Below are positions 11,145 through 23,062 of a stretch of DNA of 64,000 nt, piece after piece. Source of the DNA: Epithemia pelagica. Taxonomy: Eukaryota; Protista; Bacillariophyta. Under the pieces are notes generated by a model that was not told where the DNA came from, searched no databases, and worked only from the letters and a program-made list of their open reading frames with translations. The stretch is from positions 310,001 through 374,000 of the forward strand of contig OX337229.1 in assembly GCA_946965045.2 (NCBI GenBank), written 5' to 3'. The translations under genes were made by a program, and so were the position numbers. The first letter of the stretch is position 1, and every line of letters begins with the position of its first letter.

Positions 11145-14100
11145 ATGACGTCCAGTCTTGTGGTATTGACGACGGCGACAATGGATTCAAGTCCGTGCTT
11201 GATTTTGACCATGCCCGTGGTCCACAATGAGGCCTCCTCCTCCAAAAAATCGTCGTCGTCGTCCCATTCCTCCACCACGAGTGGCGTGGGTCGTATTTTG
11301 GTGGATTGTGGAGAAGGAACCCAACGAGCCTGTTTGGAATACAATCAACGATTGTCGACCTTACGAGCCGTTTGCTTAACCTCTTTACAGGTCACGAGTA
11401 CAGGCGGTTTACCCGGACTCTTGTTGACCGCGGCCGATGTCCAGGCCGCCGTGTCGTCGGCTGCGACATCCGTCTCCAAGAACAAGACGACTGCGAATCC
11501 AAAAACTGACAATGATCACAACAACAGCAACAACAAGACGTTGCCATATTCTCGTTCCACAACAATGGAGGTATCCTCATCCTCTTCCTCCTCACCAATC
11601 AAAGAGACTGGGATTGTTTCGAGAAAAGACCAGAGTCCTATTAGGGACAGCAAGGACAAGAAGATGCGTCCAGGGTCCATATCCTGGCCCTTTTTGGTCT
11701 TTTCCGACGACAAGAACAACAAGACCGATAGCAAAAGTTCTCCTGGAGATGCTTCCTCCTCCTCAACGACGGCCTTGCAAATTGTCGGACCACCTCAGAC
11801 GAAGACGTACCTGGCCGCCTTGCGACACTTTGTCCGTCGTCCTCACTTTCCAGTTCAAGTCCACGAACAGGCACCCGTGCAGGACGACGACACCACAAGA
11901 GTTTCGAGTAGTAGTGGTAGGACTCTATTGACGGCCGAGGAACCATCCAGTGTCACAACCGTTCCAGCAGCCACGGACTCCCACACTCATTACATGGAGG
12001 ATCCTGCTGCTGCTTCGCCGCCCTCCAAACGAGCCAAACCAACGCCGAGTTCCCAGACTACACGTACTGCTCCACCACCACAACCTGTCGTCCAGTCCTA
12101 TTATTCCATTTATCCCATGACATTTTGCGAAGAAACCAATGCAACACCATCACCAGCCCCAAACGCAACGTCGTCGTTTTCGTCGTTCAGTACTAGAACC
12201 ACCACCTGCTGGGTGTCGTACTTGTTTGTCACGGACCCCTTACCAGGCAAATTTCGACCGGATCGAGCCCAAGCCTTGGGCGTTCCTCGAGGACCCTTGT
12301 TTGCCCAACTCAAGGCCGGTCAATCCGTCACCTTTTCGGTACAAGACGATCCACAACCATTCACCAAACAAAAACAGCACAAAAAGAAGCAAAAGGCCAA
12401 ACAAAACAAGAAGAATGATTCTGCTGCTGCATCCTTGAACGCCACTGACACGGTCCATCCATCCAGCAGTTCTGATATGAACCACCAAAAAACGGTTCAC
12501 AGTTGGCAAGTGGTGGAACCTTCGTTACCCGGTGTCGGTGTCTTGGTGTTGCGATATCCACGCCAGGTTCAGGAATTGCCACGGTTTTGGAACCACGTGC
12601 AACAACAACTGTTGCAACCACATGGATTAGTATCATGCTCCTCCTCTTCATCATCATCATCAGCAGTAGCATCCAACCATGGTACCAAGAACCAGGATGC
12701 CGCAACAGGAATCGGCACTCGACTGGAACTGGTGGTTCACATTGCCAGCAAGACCGTCTTGGACGATTCCACCAGTGTCGCGTGGAGAAGACAATCGAAT
12801 CATACGGTTCGGACGGGCGAGACTCCTCCGGATCATGTTTGGATCAATATGGATCCCTCCTATTCTATTACGGGGACCACGACAACTCCTGCTACGACGA
12901 ACCACCACCACGATCCGGGAACCCCTCATGTCTCCGCCGCCCAGACGGCGCAACTCCGTTCGTTGGTGTGTCCACACCTCTATCCCTATCCCCGCCGCCG
13001 CCGCCGAGCGACGCCTGTACCAAAACGCTTGGAAACGGACCAGGACGAGAACGACAACTTGGACGACAATACGGATGGGGTGGTGGTCGGATATCCTTCG
13101 TTGGAATACCAACTTATTCCTCGTGCCAAACGAGGCTTTGTCCATTCCCCACATCGCAACGACAATCCAGAGGGGGAGAACGAGGAGGATGATACGGTTA
13201 CCAAGGAACTGAAAACACTGGCGACGGATTCGGGCGCAGTGTCCTTGGCCAAGGACATTTTGTCTCGTGTCACGACGACTACTACTTCAGCAACCACAGT
13301 AGAAGGGATTCCACACTACATGGAACCAAGTGATTCCGTGTCAACCAATACGAATGACGACCAGAAGCTTTACGGGGTAAAGGCAGTACTGGAACCAACC
13401 ACGTATGAACAGGAAAGCGGTCAGATCATTTTTACAGGTACTGCTTCGGCCGTTCCTTGCAAACATCGCAATGTGAGTGGCATTTGCCTCATGAGTCAAG
13501 CGAAAAGATCCAAGGACAACAAGCCTTCATCATCCCTGAGCTCTACTCGTCGATCCATGATGCTTTTGGATGTGGGAGAAGGGACAATCGGCCAATTGTT
13601 GCTAACGTTGGATGCCCATTCGGATTCCATTTGCACCACGCAACAACAAGTACACTCAATTTTGTCCCAAATCAAGGCTGTTTGGATATCACATCCCCAT
13701 GCCGATCATCATTTGGGCTTGTTGCGATTGCTCCATGAACGCATGGATCTCCACAATGATAACAACACTCAAGACGTTACTATGGAACGAGTCTTGGTGA
13801 TTGCACCCAAGCCCATTTTCGACTTTCTGCAAGAGTATTCGGCAATTCATCCATGGATTACTCAGACCTATCATGGTTTGGATTGTCGCGAGTTTCTCCC
13901 ACAAACACCAGACGCCAACAACAATCGTTCGCATCACTTGTTGACCAATCACAACAAGAATGCTCGTGCGGCACAAGAGCTGCTGTTTCAGTATACAGGA
14001 ATATCCCAGTGTCAATCCATTCCCGTGCAACATTGTCCCAATGCCTATGCGGTCGTGTTGGACGGAACGAGTTTTGGTCGACTCGTGTACAGTGGGGATT

Positions 14101-14570
14101 GTCGACCCAGTCGGGCATTGGCCCTGGCGGGTCAGGGTGCCAATGTGCTGATTCACGAGGCTACCTTTGAAGATGGTATGGAAGCCGAAGCCTGTCTCAA
14201 ACGGCATTGTACGATTGGTGAAGCGCTCCGTGTCGCAAAACAAATGAAGGCCCAGACTGTGATTTTAACCCATTTTTCACAACGCTATCCCAAGATACCA
14301 CCCCTACCCTCGGACGATCATTACAATGATGCCAATGATGCTGCACCCGTGATTTTTGCCTTTGATTTCATGACGCTGCGACCGTGTGATTTGTACTTGG
14401 CATCCCATCTTACTCCGGCCTTGCGCCTCTTGTATCCCGATGAGAACAATGGAACCAAAGGAAACGGTGCCGCTAAGGACAGTACAGAGGACGCAACCGA
14501 CGCGCTATCGGAAATGGCAATGACAGCCATGTCCCAGCCAGGTCTATTCGCTCAGTCCGAACTCCTCTAA
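11145..14570 (+). CDS. ELAC2: Long-form RNase Z (tRNA 3'-processing endonuclease)
   Basis: N-half LVDCGEGTQR and GGLPGLLLT; exosite GKF...LGVPRGPLFAQLKAG; C-half GTASAVP, LLDVGEGT, metallo-beta-lactamase SHPHADHH, YSGDCRP, LIHEATFED, THFSQRYPK, AFDFM. Confidence 0.96.
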   Translation: MTSSLVVLTTATMDSSPCLILTMPVVHNEASSSKKSSSSSHSSTTSGVGRILVDCGEGTQRACLEYNQRLSTLRAVCLTSLQVTSTGGLPGLLLTAADVQAAVSSAATSVSKNKTTANPKTDNDHNNSNNKTLPYSRSTTMEVSSSSSSSPIKETGIVSRKDQSPIRDSKDKKMRPGSISWPFLVFSDDKNNKTDSKSSPGDASSSSTTALQIVGPPQTKTYLAALRHFVRRPHFPVQVHEQAPVQDDDTTRVSSSSGRTLLTAEEPSSVTTVPAATDSHTHYMEDPAAASPPSKRAKPTPSSQTTRTAPPPQPVVQSYYSIYPMTFCEETNATPSPAPNATSSFSSFSTRTTTCWVSYLFVTDPLPGKFRPDRAQALGVPRGPLFAQLKAGQSVTFSVQDDPQPFTKQKQHKKKQKAKQNKKNDSAAASLNATDTVHPSSSSDMNHQKTVHSWQVVEPSLPGVGVLVLRYPRQVQELPRFWNHVQQQLLQPHGLVSCSSSSSSSSAVASNHGTKNQDAATGIGTRLELVVHIASKTVLDDSTSVAWRRQSNHTVRTGETPPDHVWINMDPSYSITGTTTTPATTNHHHDPGTPHVSAAQTAQLRSLVCPHLYPYPRRRRRATPVPKRLETDQDENDNLDDNTDGVVVGYPSLEYQLIPRAKRGFVHSPHRNDNPEGENEEDDTVTKELKTLATDSGAVSLAKDILSRVTTTTTSATTVEGIPHYMEPSDSVSTNTNDDQKLYGVKAVLEPTTYEQESGQIIFTGTASAVPCKHRNVSGICLMSQAKRSKDNKPSSSLSSTRRSMMLLDVGEGTIGQLLLTLDAHSDSICTTQQQVHSILSQIKAVWISHPHADHHLGLLRLLHERMDLHNDNNTQDVTMERVLVIAPKPIFDFLQEYSAIHPWITQTYHGLDCREFLPQTPDANNNRSHHLLTNHNKNARAAQELLFQYTGISQCQSIPVQHCPNAYAVVLDGTSFGRLVYSGDCRPSRALALAGQGANVLIHEATFEDGMEAEACLKRHCTIGEALRVAKQMKAQTVILTHFSQRYPKIPPLPSDDHYNDANDAAPVIFAFDFMTLRPCDLYLASHLTPALRLLYPDENNGTKGNGAAKDSTEDATDALSEMAMTAMSQPGLFAQSELL

Positions 14571-14726
14571 CGACGGGACCTACTTTCCGGTACGGAAATC
14601 ATACTTACCGTTGTACAAAAAGAGCTCCCAGCATATTTGGGCCGGTAAGTAACAACAAACATAAAAACACCAAAGAAGGACGTACTCTGAGAGAGTGTTA
14701 TCCATGGAGGATAGAAGATTCCGCGA

Positions 14727-14780
14727 CAATTCATCCATGGATTACTCAGACATATCACAGTTGTGAGTTTCTCCAACAAA
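14727..14780 (+). repeat. Short degenerate copy of an internal RNase Z segment (source about 13843-13905)
   Basis: 25-bp exact match caattcatccatggattactcagac (14727-14751 = 13843-13867), then gagtttctcc (14765-14774 = 13890-13899) after a deletion. Confidence 0.8.
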
Positions 14781-15590
14781 TATGAAATGTCAGTCACAAA
14801 CTTGACGTCGCTGTCGAGTCCAATTGAGAATGCTCCAGTTCCATGAATGAAAGAGAGATATACCAGGTGATGCACGAATTGTCACAGGTTGAACCAAAAT
14901 TCGCAAGATCAACGGGCCTTTGATGAACGAATAATGACATGACGTGGCATTACCCTTCTCGGCTTTCCTTGAACGAATGTGCACATGCAGTCCTTGCAAA
15001 ACGACAGGGCAGTTCTAGAATTGTCTATGAAAACGAGCAACCAGTTGTTCTCATTTCACACGAGACCATGTTCTGTAAGTCAAATAGAATGGAACATGTG
15101 CGTTCTGGGAATCACGAGACTGCTTCTTGTATCTTGTAGTTTCACTGGTAAGAAATTCCGGTACGCAGCCAACGTTTCTTGCCGGTAGTGACAGAGTATT
15201 GACAGCTCTTGATCGCTACCTATTTTACCGGTTGGTGCTTGGGCAATTTCCTGGAACGAAGGAATGCCCCAGGTGTGGGAGTAACGCAATGTGCGGTACG
15301 CAATCAACAGACACGATTGCTTTTGTCCGATTGATAAGCGATGTCGCAGGCGTGAAGCGATTTATGATAGATACTACCGCTATCATCTACTCTAGAGTGG
15401 TTGAAGCTATCCAATTCTATCGATGTAAGTATCAAGGATCGGGTAGGTCGATTTCCATGGACAACAACAGTGTCTTAACAGCCTTACTCATGCGTCTATG
15501 GAGTTCATTTAGTAGTGGCTACCTGCTCCTCTTTGTTTCGATAGCACCGAGGAAACACTTGTTTGCAGCCATAGGGCTAATTGATTCATT

Positions 15591-17106
15591 TCACATGTTC
15601 TCTTCTTTGTCAGAGTCGTCACCGCTCTGGTCTACTGCTATCCCCCATGACATGAACTCTTTCAAGTCAGCCAAGAACGATGCTCGGAATGATCCACGAC
15701 CACTGGCACCAGATGCTCGAAGAGAGCCGTTGCGACCAAAGACCTTTTCCAAAGACACGGGCTCTACATCCATCATGTCCTCAGTCTCAATCGCTCGGCC
15801 CGCTTTCATAGGCGTAGGTGTCAAAGACTTGGATACGTCAGCTTGTTCCAGTGCTGCAACGTTCTTGTTGTTGCCATCCTCCTCGGAAGTAAATCCCATA
15901 ATGGGTAGAGGTGGAAGACCATAAGAAAGTGACGATGCAAGGGCAAAGGGAGGAGGTCCGACCGACTTTATGGAGTTTGAAGCAGCTGCACTGTTATCCA
16001 TAGCATGTTCGGCTTGCCACTGATGCTGATCGGTGCGTTGGTAAGATGTTTGGGAATGTTCGGATGCATCGCCGAGGTTGAGAATATCAACGACTTCAAT
16101 GGGACCAATGCTACTAGGGATCTTGGCCGTAGGTTGACTGTGGTTCGAAATCTTGTTCTTGGATGTTGCGCGGCGCGGCCTCATGGTTGCGCGAGTTGCC
16201 ATTAAGAAGGTGGGTTCCTCCAGCATGGAATCAAAAACTGAAGCCGATGCCACACTATCGTCATTGTCACTATGGACTTGTTCATGTTGCTCTTCGTCTT
16301 GTTGTGTCATGGGGATGCTACCCGTGGACACTGCCCGTTGTTGTTCTCGTTTCATAATCTGGAGCTGATCACGATCCGAAGCAGCTCGTTTCAATTGCTG
16401 TACCTGACGACGCTTTTTGGCTTTGGTACTAGACTTGTATTTGAGATGCAAGAGATCACGAAACCTGCATATAGATGAAACACATTGGAGAAAGGGAGAG
16501 AGATGGTGAGACATGTTCATTGATTCTTGTTCAAGTCATGGTTGGATAGCGCCTTGTATCAAAACCATGAAACAAGATTCGCATCATGGCAATCTTGTCA
16601 ACTTACCCTTGTCCAACTTTTTCACGTGCAACGGCATCGCCGACTTCGTACCACCTGCTGCAACCGGTAACTTCATCTTCGCTTTCGCGCAAAAAGCCAC
16701 CAGGAGGATCCGCATGTCTTACTCCATCGACAATTTGTGACACCAGCATGCTCTTTTCCAACTTGGTTGCGGCCATGCTGTACCGTTCCATGTAACTTTC
16801 CACCATGTTGCGAAAGCGGCGATTGCCTGGATGGTTAAAGGCACGCTTGCCTCGAGCGCAAATCACATCGTTTGGTCCTGGTTCGCGATGGACGAGACGG
16901 GGTTCAGAGTCACCAGTGTTGGTAAGAGGCAAGGACGATGAAGAGTCCATGTGATTCGGTTCGTCTCTAGACAAGACGCTTCTCCAGGCTGCAGAAGGGT
17001 CATTAAAAGATGGCGTATAGCTTGTGTCTGGTCTCATTCTCAAGGACTGTTGTTGTTGAGCGTCACTTCCAAAGACAGCAGCGTTGATCGGATTGATAAT
17101 GATCAT
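15591..17106 (-). CDS. DUF6824-domain protein (putative diatom transcriptional regulator); exons 17106-16607 and 16464-15591
   Basis: PNDVICARGKRAFNHPGNRRFR...KLEKSMLVSQIVDGVR...GGFLR...WYEVGDAVAREKVGQ. The 142-nt intron GG|gtaagt...atgcag|G gives the expected continuation GFRDLLHLKYKSS. Start ATG uncertain. Confidence 0.88.
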
Positions 17107-20100
17107 TCTCTCTATGGCTTGAGGTTTGCTCTCGTGTGTTCTGCTGGAATTCGTGTTATAGGTTTGACTGGTTATGGTTTTATGAAGAGATTGATATAGA
17201 TGCCGGTTGGCAAAGTTGTGGTCTAGATTGTGGTTGTGGTTGTTGTTGCTTTCCGTGATTGAGTTTTTGTGGGAGAAGGCCAATGGCAAGCAGTTTCCTG
17301 GTCCGACATTATTTTGTTTATGTGGGCGGTGGGCGCGTCTATCAAAGGTCGATTCGGGGGTCGGCGGAACGGAATTTGAGTGGGACTCCTGTTTGTTAGT
17401 GTACTCTGTACAGGCATATTAGGTACAGTCTCTCTCAGGAAGTCATGATTCATGATGATGTGTGTTTCAATGTTTCTCAGCTCGGACCAATAGAAAAAAT
17501 AGAAAAAGGATAGCCTTACAAAATCAGACGCTGTCGAGTAGGTACTCTAGGAGGTAGCAGTAGTTACTAGAAAAACGAAAAACTAGCTAAATGACGAAAA
17601 ATATCCCGGCAAAACCCTCCGACTAGGTGTCCGCTTCTTAGCCCCCCAGCCGCTCTCCGCGACCAACCATTTTTATCTTGGTCTTTTTGCGTTTTAGAAG
17701 AAAATTTCTGGTCAAAATGAAAAAGACCACGCCGGCCTTCTAGATCACACTTTCAAAATTTTGTGAGCAGGCGTGCGCACTTTGACCGTTGGTCTTCCCC
17801 ATTCTTGATTGTCCCACATTATTTTCACCACGCACCTTTTGCCATTGACAATGGATATGCACCATCACAATGCATTCTCCATCATCTGCACACCATGGAC
17901 ATTTGACATATAGACCATAGATATTGTTTTGCTCTACCGCCATCCTTTCTTTGTTTTTTCTAGGAGAAGTGTGGTTGTTTCTAGTGTTAGTGTCCGTTTA
18001 AAAGTGAACCCTCCTCCACAACACCGTGCCGTTGCCGTAGGCTTGTCTCTTTGCAACCACTTGACTTACTACAGTCCTATTTTAGAATACGTTTCTTTCG
18101 AGTTCCGTTATGAAGTATGTTGAGTGTAGAGTCCCCTGCACTGCTGGGAAAGACATGTCATGCTCATGGCAATAAAAAAAGAATAAGAGGAGCAGGTCGA
18201 CATCACAATCGACTAGAGACGACAGAGGAAAAATGGATGGCTTCCTCCACTTATCCTATCTACTCCTAATTGAGGTCTATAGCTATATTTTGTCCTATAA
18301 GAATCCTACAAATGATGCCAGCAGCATCGACCAAAATGGATGTTATTAGGCACAAACAAATGACACACTATGGCAACGTAGTGACAGCCTAAAACTAAAC
18401 ATTGTCCATTCCAATGCAAATATTAGTCATTCCAGAACTTACCATGCTGGATGTGCAGTGACAAAGATGAGATGAGATGCCCAGGGACGAAGCATGCCGT
18501 TTTTGGTGTTGGTTTGGTCATTGCCTCGTTTTGTTGCTTTCATCGATTTTGTGGCCTGTGAACCCACCGAGAACACTATTTTGAGTCTTGTTGAGCAGAA
18601 CGCCTGCCATCTTCCAACTGTCACAGCACGCCAGCCTTTCCACCGATGGATGTGAAATTTCCATTCATTTTTTGTCTGTGAGATTGGGTTTGTTTTGCCC
18701 GAACAGACGAGCTAAGAAGCGGACATCTAGTCGGAGGGAAAAAATCCGTTAAATCATACACTCCTACCATTCTGAATTCTGAACTCTGAACAAAAAAGAC
18801 GCGGAGCACAAGCTCTGAGAGAATAAAGTCCACGATCCAAAACGCGTTTGAAGCTGGAATGAAGCATAACGTCAAGCGGGACTCCCATCAACACTCCCCA
18901 GGCTAGAATCAATTCCGTGTGGCATACAAACTGATGATATGACTGATCACCTTTGAGATCGGTTGTATTAGGGCAGAGAAAGCAGTATGCGTCGAGACTT
19001 TTTGTCAGCTTACGCCGGAAAGGGAGGAACTGAGGTCAAAAGAGTAGACGACGAAAGCATCGACGAACTTTCAAGTAATTCGGCTCCCTTTCCAACTAAA
19101 TATCGATTGAAGATGGAAACGAGCAATGGCGGCCACTGGATTTTTCTTGGTCGACTGATCAGAAAATTCGTGTATGTTTCACTTGACAAAGCCAATAAAG
19201 CGGGGTGAAATGAATTCAATAAGGGGCATGGAAGTCATTTACTCTGTTAGGGTTTTCGCGGGTGGTCTGATCGAAAGGAATTCGGGGGTGGGGGGTATCA
19301 TTGAGATGCTTTTTTGTGTAAAAATCAAAAATAGGATGACGGATTCTTACTATCAAAATGCGTTGAACTTCAGCAGTCGAAATGATAGACATTTTGCCGG
19401 GAGCTAACGTTGGGTTTTCCTTTTTCCACTCGGTACTCCGCATGCTCTTGAGAGCTCCGCGTGCTTCTTACGAACCAGCTTCTTGATTTTTCAAACGCGT
19501 CAAAATCAAAACGTATGGACAGTGACAAAACTTCGCAGCGGACGCGTTACCTTCATCTGTTTTGTTTCTTTGTTGCTTTAATTCATTTTCTGACTGGGGA
19601 GTTTTCAAAACTCTCTTCTGCCGGCAGATGAGGGAGAGATATCACATAGGCTTATATCCCAAACATCAACGATGACACTACCGCCGAGTCGATGGACAAA
19701 TTGGAATTGGAAATTGGAAAGTGTCCGATCTCCTCGAAATCTGAAAGGAACAGATTGTAGCGATTAGCGATGCGCGTATCAGTAGTTATATCATTTATTT
19801 TTTTATGAAGTAGTTGGATGGAGTCGTCTCGCTCTCCCCCAGGCTGGGGGACAAAGGCGATCTTTTTTGTCCCGTACAAGACCAAATCTACACGACCAAG
19901 ACTTGGAAAGGGATCCTCGTACGAATAGACAGACGATTCACACTTGATCGCGATGAATTCTTGCATCAAACAACAGATTCCAAACGATCCATCTCTATTG
20001 TGTGATTGGAGTTCACACTTTGGATCTGTGATTGATGCAGATAGAGAACGGAACCAGTTAGAGAGATCTGAACCTTGATCTGATGATACCAAGTTCTCGC

Positions 20101-20789
20101 CTCTTCCATGGGGCAATCAAGTTGACTGTTGAGCGTTGAGCGATCAACTCACCGTTTATCCAATGTGACAAAACAAGAACGACTCCATTATTGAAGTCAG
20201 ACAAACACAACCCAGTCAAGGGCGCAAGGCTGCATATGATGTGTCATTTGTTATATGACAATGCTGGAAACAATTATGTCTCTCTCGATGTTCTCGTTTG
20301 GTACTCAGGGATGCTGGGCAATTCGGAACCTGAACACAGTATTTCACTGGTGAAAACAAATGCTAGTTCTCAAGGAAGCTAGCTAGCATGTATGCTCAGC
20401 ACCGCAACGATATAAATGGCAGCGGCGTGTGGACGATCACATGTTGCACTGCCAAGTGTGATTGGAGGTCTTGAAGTCAAAGCAGTTTATTGTTCCATTC
20501 GTTATTCAAAGGCACATTCGGTCTCCTTTCATTGTGCGCCCATCAAAGGCGTTCGCAGGACGGCTTGTGTCCTGGAGGCGGTGAAGTCATGTTCAAATCT
20601 ATACAACTACGAGACCTGGGAGCGCTCACTCATCATACAACACAAGTTCGGCAGTTCAATCCAAACATTTCATATACTATCTACAAAGGCATGTGAAGGG
20701 CGTTGCATAGCTGGTTTTACAGTAGATGTGCATGTAATATACAAGTGGTGGAGCAGACTTTTCCGCGTGACGATAATTGTTCATCATTG

Positions 20790-21566
20790 TTACTCTTGCG
20801 CGTTGGCTTGACCCAGAGCCGAGGCGAAAAGTCTTGAAGGTCGTGAGATGTGTTGACATCTTTCTGAGATCAATTCGGACAATTGATTGGATGAAAGATA
20901 GGAATAGTTCTCAGGGACGCAGAGGTACACTGCTTGTTCGACCAGACGTTGTCGCCGTATTTGTTTGGTTCCATGGGAAAAGCCAGCATGGATCACAAGT
21001 GGTTCCAAGCCCAAACGATCAGTGACGCTGGTTGTTTCGGAAACCTCCTCGGCAGCCACTCCAATTGCTTCCACCAAGCAAGATGACAAGAATCCTCGAT
21101 CACAGGAAGCATATGCCGCCATGAGGGCGTCAATGTGTTGGTCTTGATGGTCTTGTTTCTTTTTCAAGCATGCCATGACTTTACGATAGAATTTGCGGCA
21201 ATTTTTCTTGTGGTTTTCCTTCATTTGGTGATATTCCGCCGACGTGTACCACGTTTCGGTCCAGTCCTCTTCATCTTCTGGATCAATCGAAGCACTTGAA
21301 GGGTACACGGGACGGCCGTAGGAAACGTTCTTGTTTTCGTCAAACTGGACAGTGCGATGAGGTCTTTGAAGAAACGCTTGATCGACCGTTTCCGGGACAA
21401 GCTGCTTGTTTTGATCCACAGCAGTGTGTGTAGAGCAAAGTGACAACTCCTCAGATCCAACTTGCTGCTCAACATCCCAGACCTGAATATCTTGCGGCAC
21501 TCCGCCACGTGTGCTGGATCGAAACCGGGCAATCTGGCGACGGACTTTGTTCATTTTCTCCACCAT
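20790..21566 (-). CDS. Hypothetical protein of a diatom-type 'VxF...WY...RGLE...SRxFA' family
   Basis: 258-aa ATG ORF with RTVQFDENKNV, TWYTSAEY, RLGLE, ISRPSRLFASALG; same motif order as 57995-59368. Confidence 0.7.
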   Translation of the reverse strand: MVEKMNKVRRQIARFRSSTRGGVPQDIQVWDVEQQVGSEELSLCSTHTAVDQNKQLVPETVDQAFLQRPHRTVQFDENKNVSYGRPVYPSSASIDPEDEEDWTETWYTSAEYHQMKENHKKNCRKFYRKVMACLKKKQDHQDQHIDALMAAYASCDRGFLSSCLVEAIGVAAEEVSETTSVTDRLGLEPLVIHAGFSHGTKQIRRQRLVEQAVYLCVPENYSYLSSNQLSELISERCQHISRPSRLFASALGQANAQE

Positions 21567-21931
21567 TTTAAATGAGCTGATGTTAGTATCTCAAGAAAAC
21601 GAGACGGTGGTGGTGCTTCACGAGATGATGGATATCAAAAGAATGAGATCATCTGATCAATGGTGTTTTTGATTGCTTGTTTTGTAAATCAGGGTAACAG
21701 AAGCTATAACATAAGATCCGAATCCAAATCTCCGAATAGAATTGTTTCGGATAGCACCTTTCAACTCAGATTTATAGCTCTCTCGTCAGACCCTACCAGA
21801 ACCGGATGCGAATGTATCGGAATTCATCTGAAATGTTGACTAACTCTCGGAGGCCCAATCAATATTTGCTGTGGTGCATTATTTATATTCCACTTAGAGG
21901 ATTGACACACACCCAACGAGCAAAAGATCCC

Positions 21932-21973
21932 ATTCGCCATTAAATCCCCTCCATTTTGGTGAGGCGGCCAGAC
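21932..21973 (+). repeat. 42-bp inverted repeat, left copy (partner 23736-23777)
   Basis: attcgccattaaatcccctccattttggtgaggcggccagac is the exact reverse complement of 23736-23777. Confidence 0.95.
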
Positions 21974-22479
21974 CAAACTCGGTCGCGTGTCCTGGACACG
22001 TGCTTGGGAGAGCTTGCTCTTGAATAGGGTGGCTTTGCCAGCTCTCCAACTGCCAGCAAGCGGCCCTGCGTGAAAGACGGCATAATGCCGGACAAGCACA
22101 CAACACACAATCCTTTTCTCTTGTTGCCAAAGCACATCGTATTAATGGCATTCCAGGTGAGCTTGATCCATTGCGGATTGCCATAACAATTACATTGCTT
22201 ATGCTCCTGCCCACTCACACTTGTCACTTTTGCTTGCTCTGCCCATCGGACGAGAGTCTGCTAATCTGCTGTGTCTCTGGCTCAGCAGCAGATTACTTGC
22301 CATTGTTGATTTCTGTCGAAATGAGACCCACAACTTACATTGCATTTATCCACAGACTATAGACCTTCTTATCTTTACTTACTAGGAGTAGAAATAGAAC
22401 TCAAGTGCTAGCCATCCATAGAGTTTAGTGCCTTCTGTTTTCGTGTTGTACATCTGTTTTCTGTTTTGAGCACGTCAAT

Positions 22480-23062
22480 CAAGGATGCTACTGTGACGAC
22501 GTCACATTTGACGCACGTCACGTGACGTGACGTAAAATTGACGACGTCACGTCAGGCCATCAGGCTGTGACCAATGACGGGAATGAAAAAAAGTGACGGG
22601 AAACAAAAAAATCTTTTGTGGATCTTTTGTAGTCAAACAGATACGTCGAGAAACGCACAAAAATGGCATCCAAAGTGATCCAAGGAATGAACAACAATCA
22701 ACCATTGATGATCAAGCATGGTCATAACTATGATGTGTGCATGATCGATGTTGACTTACCGTGGTTGGATGTCAGAACCACTACTGTGACGGGACAAGGA
22801 CAAACTTTGGGGATTCATCCTTGGAAAAGGAGACGAAGTGGAGCTTCCGTCCACTTCAGGCACCATTTACAGACATCAGAGACCATTAATCATGATACAT
22901 ACAGTCAAAACATCCTATTTCTACCATACATCCCTATTGTCTTATCAATATCCCAAAATTGATGAAAGTGACGGGAAAAACCTGACGGGAACATATTCCC
23001 GTCACTATTTGACGGCGTCACGTCACGGTTGTGGCCCGTGACGTGACGTAGTAGCAACCTTG
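22480..23062. mobile_element. Non-autonomous DNA transposon (MITE), 583 bp, P- or hAT-like termini
   Basis: 13-bp TIRs CAAGGATGCTACT / AGTAGCAACCTTG (1 mismatch); perfect 7-bp TSD CGTCAAT at 22473-22479 and 23063-23069; dense subterminal TGACG, GTCACGTGAC and TGACGGGAA arrays at both ends; no transposase ORF. Confidence 0.88.

Noticed and set aside
17607-19403. 11-bp inverted match tcccggcaaaa / ttttgccggga as TIRs
   Set aside because: Too short, does not extend, and no TSD.
19652-20116. 154-aa minus-strand ORF and other short ORFs in 17700-20700
   Set aside because: No recognisable domain or splice partners; possibly decayed sequence but not supportable as genes.
22490-23050. TGACG/GTCAC repeats as a CRISPR-like array or tRNA
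   Set aside because: No constant repeat-spacer period, no cas genes, no cloverleaf; explained as MITE subterminal repeats.
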